This document shows positions 41,136 through 52,360 of a stretch of 64,000 nt of DNA, in pieces; the first letter of the stretch is position 1, and every line of letters starts with the position of its first letter. Source of the DNA: Euprymna scolopes (Eukaryota). A model generated the notes under the pieces. It saw only the letters and a program-made list of their open reading frames with translations. It had not been told where the DNA came from and searched no databases. Location: assembly GCA_053919585.1 (NCBI GenBank), contig CM132786.1; one strand, given 5' to 3'. The translations under genes and the position numbers were made by a program.

Positions 41136-42165
41136 TGGCTTGTTATGATTATTTATTGGGCGGACCTTGGAATATGACGGCGCTCTGTTACGCAACAACA
41201 ATAAGATTAAAAACAGAAAAGACATGTGCAGGTTTCGATATATCTCGTCGAAGAAAAGGGAGAAATTGAACATTTTTAACCCCGTAAAAAGGCAATTGAT
41301 ACTAAAAATACCGAGCTGAAAAGATTTCGATGAATAAAATGGCAAATAAGACACCGAGTCTTCCCTCGAAAGAGAGAGATAGTTTGTGTGTGTGTGTGTG
41401 TGTGTGCGTGTGCGTATGTGTGTGTATGACCGAAACAGAGAGAGACCGTTTGTGTGTGTATGGGCGAGACAGAGAGATTTTGCTTGTGTGAGAGAGAGAG
41501 GGGAGAGAGAGGGACGAAAAGGGAAGCCTTGCTGTTTGTTCATTTTTATGCGGGATTTCAACTATTCGTATCTCAGTGCTCGCTTTTCGTCCTGTGAATA
41601 TTGCTTTGACGCCCTTTTCCCTTTCGCTTTTGGAATCAACCAATCAAATATCGTTTGACTTCAGCTGTCTTTCTAATAACACGATTTCTTACCGAAACCA
41701 ATTTAAATGCGGACTTATCATTTTTAAAGTCATGCTTTTCTTTTTGTTATTTCGTAAATCTTTTTTCTTTTCTGAACATTTTGCTAGGAAAACTTTTTAT
41801 TTAGTCGTTATTCAAACAGGGTTTCATTTTCCGTCCCTTAGTCCTTCCGAGTTGCGGAGAAGTGCCGAAAATATATGAGTCTATTTTTCTTTTTTTTGCT
41901 TCTGTTCTTCATTGAGCTACGCATTCTGCTTGTGTTCCCTTATCTTTGTTTGCATTTTAGGTCACCGTCCATCTAAACTTAGGAAAACCTGGGGAAGGGA
42001 ATTGTAACATGACTTACTCATTTTTTAATCTACTCCAGTATACCCTTTTCTTCTTACTCTTTAATATATCCCTTTGCCTTTTCTTCTATTAATGACATTA
42101 ATTTTAAAATATGAATTTAAATTTGTTTCTTTTTAAAATAGCAAAGTTTAATATTGCTATTATGT

Positions 42166-42234
<69 letters not shown>

Positions 42235-42236
<2 letters not shown>

Positions 42237-42570
42237 ACAGGCGGTCCGGTTTCGATCCTTGCTTGAGGTAGTTGCTTGTCTAGCCGCACCGAGGAGCTCT
42301 GAAACAGCGAAACAGTACTATATGTGGAAATACTCCTTATCTCGAGTTGAGCATATTGACTGGTAATATACGAATTACCATTGGCGTATAAAGCGATGAT
42401 CTTTGTGTAAACAAATCGAGCCTAGGCGTTTCGGACGATGCTAAAGCATCGTTAATTCACGACTCACACCGAAGTCGCCGATTAGCGTAATGGTTAGGAC
42501 CCTTGACTGCCGTACAGGCGTTCGGGTTTCGATCACGGCTTGAGGTAGTTGCCTGTCTGCATGTGGATGG
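42235..42570 (+). mobile_element. Head-to-tail tRNA(Gly-like)-derived SINE units (277-bp period) with a hammerhead motif at 42284-42327
   Basis: Second head has A box TAGCGTAATGG, anticodon-like CTGCCGT and B box GGTTTCGATC. First unit: ccgca-CCGAGGA(U4C)-GCT ctgaaac AGC-GAAA-C-AGTACT-ATA-tgtgg. Confidence 0.75.
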
Positions 42571-42734
42571 TATATATATATATATATATATATACGGTTC
42601 TTGCTTATTATTTTACAGAGGTGAACCAACCAAAGAATTTTAACGAATTTCATACAAGAATGTCATACACAAGCAAAATCGTTTAATAGTGTATCGCATA
42701 CAGTCTAATGTTTTTTGTATTGTTATCTTTTACA

Positions 42735-45700
42735 AGGTAGTCACCACTTATCAAGGCTCGGAAGACACTCGGGGATAAGGGTTATTGCGTGTACAATACG
42801 TTAATATATGAGATTTGATAAAGTGTCTTACTTAAGGGGGCGATTCATCAGGAACTTGTTTATGTTGTACTTGAAGACATCCAGGTTGTAGTCAGGTGAA
42901 AAACAGGCACGGGGAACAGAGTCCCACAGGCGTGCACTTCTAAGAAAGAAGCTTTGTTCATGGAATATACGTTTTGGTTTTTGCACATATACAGTGGGGG
43001 AAATTTTTGAAAGTGGTTTCAGATAGACGAGTGTTTAGCGATAAATATTGAAGATAGGGGGCCAAGGAGTGGAGATCAGACGAGCACTCGCCATGGAAGT
43101 AATGATAAAACAAAGACAGGCTTGCAACGCCTCTCCTGTTGAAGAGTAGTTGCAGGGAAGAGAAAAGGGCATCCCCCACTAAGCCACGAAACCTATTTTG
43201 TACTCTGTCAATGCAGAATAGTCTGTTTTAGCAGCTCCTCTCCAGATGTGGCAGCAGTACTCCATCCTTGGACGTACTTGACTTTTATACATAGAGACAA
43301 TTGCATCAGCAGTGAGATATCTTCTGGAGCGGTAGAAGGTTCCTTCCATCTTCCCAGCGACCTTGGCAACATACTTGATGTACGTGTTCCATTTTAGTTA
43401 AGGAGTAAAGGTCAACCCCAGAAGCTTACCAAACATGGAGTTCTCCTAGACGAGAGCTATCTAGTTAAATGGATGCAAGATGGGGTCAAAGCGTTGATTA
43501 TGTAAAGATAGGAGCTTGGTTTTAGATGCATTAAAAGTAACCAGCCAGCTCTTCCGCCCACTGTAGCACGCGCTCGAGATCATAGGAGAGAGAAACAGAG
43601 AGAACTTTGTCATTTACGGCATTTGATGTGTTGACATAGATGGTCGTGTATCAGCATAGATGTCAATAGAATGATTAAAGTATGTGTTTTGGGAGGCCCA
43701 GGATGGACCACTGAGGGGCTCCAACATTAATACTGTGGGCATCCGATTTCTGCCCATCAACCCTTATGAGCAGAATATAACAGAAAACAATTCTTTAATG
43801 ATTGAGAAAACATTTCCGGTTATACCGTAGCTGGAAATCTTGTGAAGTAGGCCCTTATGTTATACCTTATCGGAGGACTTTGATATGTAAAGACCAATTT
43901 CCTTAGAATGAAGTCTTTGTCAAGTCATTCAGTAATCCTCTGAAATATAACCGTTAGCACATCTGCTGTAGATCTGGCAGAACGGAAACTATATTGCATA
44001 TCACTAGAAAGGCTATTTCTGCCGAGATGGTTGAATACTTTTCTATTTAATATGGATTGCAGCAACTTGCTAATGACACACAGTAGACATTGATCTGCAT
44101 TGAGAGAGGGACGACTTATCACCTGAATTCTTCAATACAGGGTATATTGATGAGGTGTATCTCCATTTCTCCTTAAGGAAACGCTTAAACAGTTTTGTAA
44201 GTATGGGGGCAAGTTCTGGTTGAAGCCTTTTCAGCACTATAATTGAAATGCCGTAAGGGCCAGTTGCTTTACTGGAATCAAGGCTGTTCATTTGCTTGAC
44301 GACATCACGCACAGATATTGATATGTTGCAAAGCGTGTTGTCTGTTATAGGAGGAAATGAGGGGAGTTGATGGCCTTCGTCGCATGAGGTAGAATTAGCT
44401 GCAAAGTTCTTGGCCTATAGTTTGGCCTTGTTGGATGCTGACGAGATGACTTCAGGTCCATTATGATGGTTGGGATAGAACGCACGGTTCTATTAAGGAT
44501 CCTGTTTGTTATTCGCCAAAACTGGTGGAAACCAAGCCGTTGCTCATCTACTTTGGATAAAACGGATTGAGCATATATCTCTCTTGCATTTTTTATTACT
44601 ATTTTACAGTGCTTGCTGGCAGTCCTGAAAGCAGCTTTAGTCTCAGTGCATCTATTACGTTGGTAGCTATGGAAAAAGTGTTTACTGTGCGCGAAGGCAG
44701 CGGTACATTCTGAGGAGAACCATGGCTGGTATTAGCTTTTTGTTGGAAATTTTTGGATTGTATGAATCAATCTATGCTTACAATTAACCATTCGGTCAGG
44801 TCTGATAAAATGGAGGACACATCCTTTTTAAACATGGAATGCAGAGATATATCAGATGTAAATGTACGGAAGCTATCCCAATCAGCCGTTGATTACTGAT
44901 ATATAGTACGTTTGAGAGGTACGTCTGAAGACTTATTGCATTGCGTTTTTATCTGAACTGATACGACTGAGTGGTCGGAATATCCCAGAGGAGACAGAAC
45001 GGAATATGAACATAGCTCAGTGGAAGTTGTGAGAAAAAGTCTTAAGCCTAGCGTACAAACCAGAAGTATCGGGCACACGGGTGAGTTTGTAAACAATCTG
45101 GGTGAAGTCATAGGTAATGGCGAAATCATGACATAACCTCCCCTCATATTCTGTTTTTTCGAGTGGCTCAGCAATTCTACATTGTGGACATTGAAGTTGC
45201 AACAAATCTGGATGTTAGCCGGGGGATCAGCAGACAAGATGTGGTCAATTTTCTCAGATATGCTCTTAAAGAAATAAATTCCGCTGTTGTGGGGGCGATA
45301 GAGTGCAAATATAAATGCAGTGGTGTAGTTAATTGCAACCCGGAAGCACATATAAAGTAAATTAGGGTTTTCACTGGAGATATTCCTACCACACTGAAAA
45401 TCATCTTTAATGTAGGGAGATATTCAATGCCTATGGCGATCTTGGGGGTCAGATTTAAATGTTAAGTTAGAGAATCGTTTAATTATGAACTAGTCTAGGG
45501 GAGTTGTCGGCCTATGCTAGTTTCGCTTAGGAAGAATATTTCTGGTTTCATCTCCTATAATTGGGTTTAAACCTCTGGAAGATTGGAACGTAGATTTCTG
45601 TTGCACATGATTAGGTAAAGCCACAACAATTACACAGTAGCATGGCATCAAGAGGCCCCACCAGAATCTACTGAATAGTCCAGAATCCATTCACCAAATC

Positions 45701-46029
45701 GCAATACAGTACTTTGCACCTGCTGATAGGAAAACCTCCTTAGTGGTTAATCCAAGGTAAGGGGCCCTGACTATTAGGCGGATAACGTCAGCCCAGATGA
45801 AACGTTTACCCTGAGAACCCTTACTAGTGATATTGCTACAAGGATAGACATAGAAACCGAAGATTTCCGACATCTCAGGCTACTGTTCACGAAGTACTGC
45901 CATCCTAGAAAGCAGCTTTACCCTTTGTCAGAAAAATCACTCATTGGAAATGAGGTCTGCGGGATAAATAAGGAGAAGCGAGAGTAACAAGAGCTGCCAA
46001 TGACCAACCCACAATGCGTTGTCTACTCT
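42735..46029 (-). mobile_element. 5'-complete, frameshifted CR1-Zenon-like LINE (APE + RT)
   Basis: APE motifs (FALYRPH, CNFNVHN, LGYSDHSVV in ORF 44893-45351); RT motifs KATGPYGI, QYSFRSARSTADVL, YADT. Both ends match the copy at 57625-60336. Confidence 0.9.
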
Positions 46030-46334
46030 ACTTTAACAAAATTGTTTAAATCACATTAATGTTTACTTATATTAATTTCGTAGCTCTAATTCGAAATGAA
46101 AGATATTTGAAGATAAATTTCCTTCCCATATTTTCGAATAAAATGAAAATGGAATACATTACTGTAATTTACCTTAAAGGTAGTAAGCGGTTTTCTTCTT
46201 ATATAAGAGACACCTCCAACAATAGAATTATAATAATGACAATTTAGCACTAAAATATTTTTAAAAATACCGGTGTCGGTGGGGTGTTATCACGTGTTGA
46301 GATATTCATTAAACTTATTTTTCTCATCCAAGAG

Positions 46335-47060
46335 ACACCTCCAGCGCATTTGAAGGCTTTCCATTCACTGACTTTTGCTTTCGGTGCTTATGGAAGACGG
46401 GGTGGTTTACGCTGAAGATACTACCATCTATGGCAACACTTTAAAGGTCGGGCATGATCAAGACCCATCTAATTTTCTCTCTTCTGATCTTGAGCTCGCG
46501 ATGCAATGGGGGAAAGATCGCTGATTAATTTAAATTCATCGAAAACCAAGCTTTTATCTTTCCATCATCAACGCTGTTAACCACATAAATTCCATTGTCA
46601 AGGTCGCTGAAAAATAGGAAGTAGGAGACTGGAACTTCTTTCCCACAGAGGAAACCTCGCTAGCCTGTTTTCGCTCTACCATTATTTTCATTACAAGTGC
46701 TCGTCGGGGATCTAATGAATAGTTCTTTCTTTATGCAAACTACTATGAAAAAACACTCGTCTACCTGAAACAACTATCAATAATTTCCCCATTCTTTATC
46801 TGTACCTAAACAGACGTGGGTTCTATAAACAAAACTCCTCTCTTAAAACTGCTCGCCTGTGGAATTCTGCACCGTTTGCTTGCATTTCAGCTGACTATAC
46901 TATGGTCGTCTTCAAGTCGAGCGTAAACAAGTTTTGATGAGTTGTCCTCTTAATCAATCTAAATTTGCAACTTTCGATTGCTAACAAATTTTATGATATT
47001 GTCACATTAACTATCGTACACCCATTAACTCTTATCCTTATGTAGCCTTTGGACCTAGAT
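46335..47060 (+). mobile_element. 3' fragment of the same CR1-Zenon-like LINE family, in the opposite orientation
   Basis: YAEDTTIY, WG...INLNSSKTKLLS, RLWN and FKSSVNKF motifs. Confidence 0.75.
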
Positions 47061-47769
47061 AAAACGCCACTCCTTCGCAAAACGAGCATTTATATGTTAT
47101 TGCACATTAATGGACATGTTTTTGTCAGCCAGATACCATTAAAAAAGAACTTGAAAGGTCATATTACTTATACAATTGTAAAGTGCGTCTGGAATCCGTC
47201 TAAACTCTAATTTTATATAAGTAATATTCGGTGAAGTGGTCTCAAGTTATTTGTAACTGCCTGCTGGACATATGTTCATGAATGGAGTACTGTTATTATA
47301 TCTATCAGATTCCGTTGAAACACTCTTCTTGTCTTGATAGTATACGAAACCAACTTTGCAATCTGATATGGGGTGATGTATTTTCCTCTCTGTATTCCAC
47401 TTTTTATTGAAACAATGTTGCTAGATTTCACCACTGTTCATAGTACGTGTTTGGTGGTGTTCCATAAACAACTGGAACCTACCTTACTATAACCACAGTA
47501 GAAGGCTTACGTTGTTCCCACTATTTATCAAAGACTCAGTGCAACTTCCATGAACACAGTTTTCCATCCAGATCGTCACAAATATTGACAAATATATGAG
47601 GTGTTTTAGTTAACTACATGATATCATAAACTTTTAAATAATTGTTTAGCAGTCATGTTGGATATGAATTCCTTGTCTCTTGCACGATTGTTTCCAATTC
47701 TTACATGTTGTATTCGAAGTTTAACCGATAATCACTTTAATATTGTTTTCCTGGATATGATCTTAAACT

Positions 47770-48035
47770 ATATCCGATGGTGAGACCCCAGCTTGCGGGC
47801 TTTGAGGAGCGTGGAACCACCCTTTAATTGCCATTGCTCTCAGGTCCAAACTCACCCGGACTAGTAGTACCTGTAAGGGTCCTAACTATGGGTTGAATAG
47901 AAACCGACGGTAAAAAAAACAAACAAAAAGCAAATATACTCTATTAAAAAATTGTTCTTCAAAATCACTGGATTCGACAGTAAATAAATGAAAATGGTTG
48001 ATATGCCGTAAAGCAAAAACAACCAACCAGCCATC
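47770..48035 (+). repeat. Interspersed SINE-like repeat
   Basis: GC-richer block ending ..GGTTGATATGCCGTAAA..AACCAACCA (short-repeat tail), embedded in AT-rich DNA. Confidence 0.45.
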
Positions 48036-48454
48036 TTTAATATTTATGTTCGAGTATCCCCGTGCCTTTGTTAATAGTGAAGCATTAGAAAAGAAAAGTA
48101 AAAAATAGTATAGCTTAATTTCGTATTAGTGTATAGTTGTTTTTATCTATTTCTAAGTCTTAGTTACAATGTCGATTTTATTATTCGTCGGAATATTCTG
48201 AAAGCCCATCTCCTTCACAAGATATTTCATTACAAGTCCTGTGTGTTTTGGATTTTATTTAACGTATTAAGAATATTTTATAAATAATTTGAAAGTTTTA
48301 TTACTAAATCACAGAATCGAAAAAATAACAAATATCAGCTCTATTATTCGTAAACAATTATTTCCCAATAAAGAACATTGATTCAATTTGACATCGTCTA
48401 AGCTTAAAATATGCACTAGAAAAAAGTGGTCGCATATTTAATGTTTTGTAACGC

Positions 48455-48600
48455 GTGGTGACAGTCGTTCGACATTCCTGTCTCCCAATGAAATAAAACT
48501 TCTCAAATTACAATTTAGTAAATGCGATGATTAATGGAGGTTGGCCGGGCACATCGTTTCCAATAAATCACAATTCATACTAAATCGATTGAATACTGTA
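48455..48600. promoter_or_regulatory. Candidate Hox/Pbx-Meis enhancer
   Basis: TGACAG (Meis/Prep, ~48459), TGATTAATGG (Pbx-Hox, ~48528), ATAAATCA and TAAATCGATTGA within ~140 bp. Confidence 0.35.
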
Positions 48601-49434
48601 TTTTTAGTAGAGAATTTCAATGGGCTCCCGATGAAGGGCCTGTATAATCAGTATGGCACATCTCCAATGTTGTCTTATTGAGAAAGGTCTTCCTGCTCAG
48701 TATTCAGAAATAACCATTTATAAATTACTTGTCATATGAGTCCATCATTATACTTAGAATTGAATTGTCATGGCGAGTCATCATTTTTCAGTCTCAAGAG
48801 TTTTGATTAGATTTGGCATTTGATGATTGATAACTTATTTATTTACGTAGAAAGAATCATCATATAACGTTTACATCAAATAATTCTTTGACATATCGAA
48901 AGAAAAACTCATGAAAATCTCGGTTATTTTATTACAAAAGTTAGTTAAGAAATTAATGAGGAGTTTCCCTTTTATTTAACGACAAGGATGGACACATAGG
49001 TTTGTTGTTTTGTTATGCGACATACCTACGTACTATCATTAATCTATCTCTAAAACATTATTCTATTAGAAACTGTTGTTATGTGGAAGATATAGTTAAG
49101 ACACTATTCATATTAATAGATCTAAGGAGGAAATTATAGTCTGCAAAGTTTTCATGTATAAACTTGTAAGTAAACTTACTATATTCATTTTGATAAGGCG
49201 CGACCTAAAGCTAAAAAAAAACTATCTTTAGAGAAGTTATTATTCGAATAAAACTTACATTTCAATTGGGTGCCTTCATTCAAATGGTAACCACCTATAA
49301 GGGAAGCCACGCGCGTAATTGTGAGGTAAAGGTTGCGCGATCTGCAACCCTATTTCTCCTGGATCGGCACTGTTTCAGTCTAGTGGAAAGAGAAGTCCAG
49401 AACGACTGGAAATAAAGCCAAGATAAGCGGAGAG

Positions 49435-49550
49435 CGCATAGACACATGGAAGTCTCAAATGGTCACCCATTTGGTACTAGCCAGTATCATCGTTGCTTAA
49501 CTTCGGTGATCTGACTAGAAGTTGTGTGTCAAACGTGATTATGCCAGACA
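49435..49550 (-). pseudogene. 5S rRNA-derived sequence (5S pseudogene or SINE3 head)
   Basis: Minus strand ..GTCAGATCACCGAAGTTAAGCAACG..TGGCTAGTACCAAATGGGTGACC.. is collinear with the 5S internal control region (A box, IE, C box); many substitutions. Confidence 0.85.
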
Positions 49551-49606
49551 AAACCTAAATAATAACAAGGATATTCAACTGTAATATATTTTATCTCGCA
49601 GTTTCG

Positions 49607-49660
<54 letters not shown>

Positions 49661-50109
49661 ATTTCTGTGTGTGTATCTGTGTGTATGTGTGTGTATGTGT
49701 GCCTGTGTCTGTAATTCCAGAGCCGCCCAGTGTTGTCCGTTCATGGGGTCCACATAAATATGATATGTTAATTCATTATTTAATCGTATTTATTATTATA
49801 GGACATATTAATTTAAATTTATAGTCCACATTTAACGGACTTTACATTAAAACCGAAGATGGTGTGAATATAAAAAACATAATTGCAACTACTTTTCCGA
49901 ATTTTTTTCGCATATATGTAATTATGTGCATATTCCTTATATTCACTTTTAAAGTTTATATTCCTATTCTTTTGTTAAGTTAGGACGAGAAAAATACAAA
50001 ATATACGATTCTGCGCTATAAATCAGGTGCTCTAAAACTTGAACAGTTTAACATGCCGAAAAAAATAAACGGTAAGTTGAACTTCTTGAAATTTGGGATA
50101 TAGATATTT

Positions 50110-50159
<50 letters not shown>

Positions 50160-50171
<12 letters not shown>

Positions 50172-50472
50172 CTGAATGCGTGTGCGTGGGGGGTCTGGTC
50201 ACTAATAGGCTCCTATATGGTTCACTATTTAAAAAAAAACGAATTACATATAATGATATTAGATGTTATGAGACACAGGAATGGGTATGTTTGATCTGGC
50301 AGAACGGTGGTTAATGAAAAATGTGGGGGCTGCGTTCGCACCTGGTCCACAAAGTATGGAAATAAAAATTTAAAAAAAGACGGTTACAAGTGTTTTCGAT
50401 ATAGATGTACATAAGAATACTTTGATAAGTATGTTTTAACTTTACTAGGGACGGTATAATAAAATTGTGGTG
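50160..50472 (+). mobile_element. Truncated copy of Helitron-like family B
   Basis: Near identity to 15660-15950 (GAGACACAG..GTTTGATCTGGCA, CCTGGTCCACAAAGTATGGAAATAAAAA). Confidence 0.75.
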
Positions 50473-50617
50473 TCTCTGCAAACCCTACAAACTCAATCAC
50501 TATTTATTATCTCCTACACCGATAAGCGCCTTAGTTTAAAAGATTACTTGTTGTAATCGTTCATATGTTTTTAAAAATATTAAATTAGTTGTGTATATTA
50601 TTAATAAGTTGTTAGTT

Positions 50618-50712
50618 TAAAAAAATAAATGTCATTTAAATGATCCGAGAGCAAGTGACTTCCTTACTGTAAGCTTTGCTCTCGGATCATTTAAATGACA
50701 TTTATTTTTTTA
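50618..50712. repeat. Perfect 37-bp inverted repeat with a 21-nt spacer
   Basis: 50618-50654 is the exact reverse complement of 50676-50712; the spacer holds a CTTAC-T-GTAAG mini-palindrome. Confidence 0.95.
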
Positions 50713-50759
50713 TGTTGGGAACTTACTTTTGGTAAACTTGTATTAAATGAAACTATTTA

Positions 50760-51250
50760 TTCAGTTTAATACGAGGAAATACGGCATTATAAATATACTT
50801 CAATAATTATAATCGAGTGTAATATAATATTCACATAATTAACTTCTTAAATTCAAAATATTATATTCGTTTTAAATTATCATAACAATTTTATAATCGA
50901 TAGTATCAGATTTTACTAGATATAAATACTGTGAAAGAGGAATTAGATACAAGCAGACTTTAGTAAATAAATATTTTGAGCATTCTTATATTCTAATATG
51001 TTTGATGAGCTTTCCTCGGGCATATCTGGCAATTTACTGGTATCGTCAGTAAGTTACTAATATCAGGCGGATTATAAGGTGAAGACAATCTGAGTAGATT
51101 TTCCCCCAACTAATGTTATATAGGGGTTTCATTAAAGAGTCTTAGAGAGAGACTATTATAAGTGATGCTTTTTCTTGTGAGAGTTCTTATTAGTAATGAT
51201 ATGTGTCTTAGTGAGAGTTCTTGTCTTATTACATATGATGTTGTATCTTA
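50760..51250 (-). mobile_element. Possible Penelope-like GIY-YIG remnant
   Basis: Minus-strand C..C...C..NIYL..C-like pattern; very decayed. Confidence 0.35.
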
Positions 51251-51268
51251 GAGAGAGAGAGAGAGAGA

Positions 51269-51917
51269 TGTTGTAATGACATTTTATAACACAGACATAT
51301 AATAACGATACAATTTACCTTTTTGTAGAAATCACAACACAAAGATGAGCTTTATCCAAAACACATGGTGAATTTATTTTCTGACGACCGGTCGTGACTT
51401 CCTCATTAAGAACTCAAAGTTTCACATTTTAGTTTCTGAAGTAACGTCTCGCTTCAGACGTCCGCCTGTCTCTGAGTTTTCTCACTGACTGTCTCTGACT
51501 CTCTCTGACTGTCTCCGACTCTCTCTCGACCAACTAACTCCCACCTGCTATATTGAGAACTCCATGCATCCCGGCCACGTGAGCAAAATTCACGTGTCTC
51601 AACATGCGCGACTTTGCACGTTTTCGACATTGATTTCCCAATAACCTATTTTCCTTGTGTTGTTTCCACAAAGGAATTTAACCTACATATCTAATTTATT
51701 TAACTCATATTTTATTATCCACATTCTTTTAACAATTGAATAGTTTATTTATTATTTATTTCATCCGAATTAACAATTTACTGGACATTCCATTTAAACC
51801 TATTGTTCTTTAAAACTTATGTCCAGGGTTCGATTTCTGCTTTCTCTTATTTCCATTTTAACTAATCTCTCTATTTTTATACTTACATGAACAGGGGACA
51901 GCCCTTATCATGTAACA
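51269..51917 (-). mobile_element. Solo LTR (~650 bp)
   Basis: TGTTGT...GTAACA termini, CACGTG motifs and a CTGACT-type repeat; homology with 27275-27978. Confidence 0.65.
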
Positions 51918-52019
51918 CTAACACCTGTGTAAATGTGTGTTTTTTTTTTTGGGGGGGGGAGAATTGAGTCACTTCTTACCAAGGTCTGGGGGCCACTTGA
52001 ACATAAGGGTTGATGAGTA

Positions 52020-52360
52020 GAAAGTAGTCAATAGAAAAATATCGTAACAATTGTAAGTAGTGGAAATTTGGTATCTTGGATTACTTAAGAAGATGGCACA
52101 TCAAGAACTTGTTCACTGTATTGTAGTCAGTTGGAAAGACAGAAAACAGAACAGTTCCACAAAAATGTATTTTTGAAAAGAATATTTGTACATTGAATCT
52201 ATGTGTAGGTTTAAGTCTCATAGATTGGGGCTCAGCCGAGCACTTGCTATGAAATAACGATAAAGCAGAGACAGGCTAGTAACCTTTCTTTTGTGGGAAA
52301 GAGCTTGCAGGGAAGAGAAATAGGCACCCATCGGAATCTATTTTGAACCCTATCAAAGTA
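52020..52360 (-). mobile_element. 3' fragment of the CR1-Zenon-like LINE
   Basis: Matches 42850-43210 and 57780-58135 (TTGTAGTCAG, AACGATAAAGCAGAGACAGGC, TGCAGGGAAGAGAAA, CTATTTTGAAC). Confidence 0.75.

Noticed and set aside
41049-41878. Overlapping 90-170 aa ORFs
   Set aside because: They derive from CA/GA microsatellites plus a Penelope fragment; no coherent protein
42264-42284. let-7-like sequence TGAGGTAGTTGCTTGTCTAG (also at ~42541)
   Set aside because: It lies inside a repeated tRNA-SINE, has several mismatches to let-7 and has no pre-miRNA partner arm
42473-42548. Functional tRNA-Gly gene
   Set aside because: The cloverleaf stems are imperfect and the sequence is part of a tandem SINE unit
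48625-48660. Hammerhead-like CCGATGAAGGGC
   Set aside because: No downstream stem II/GAAA
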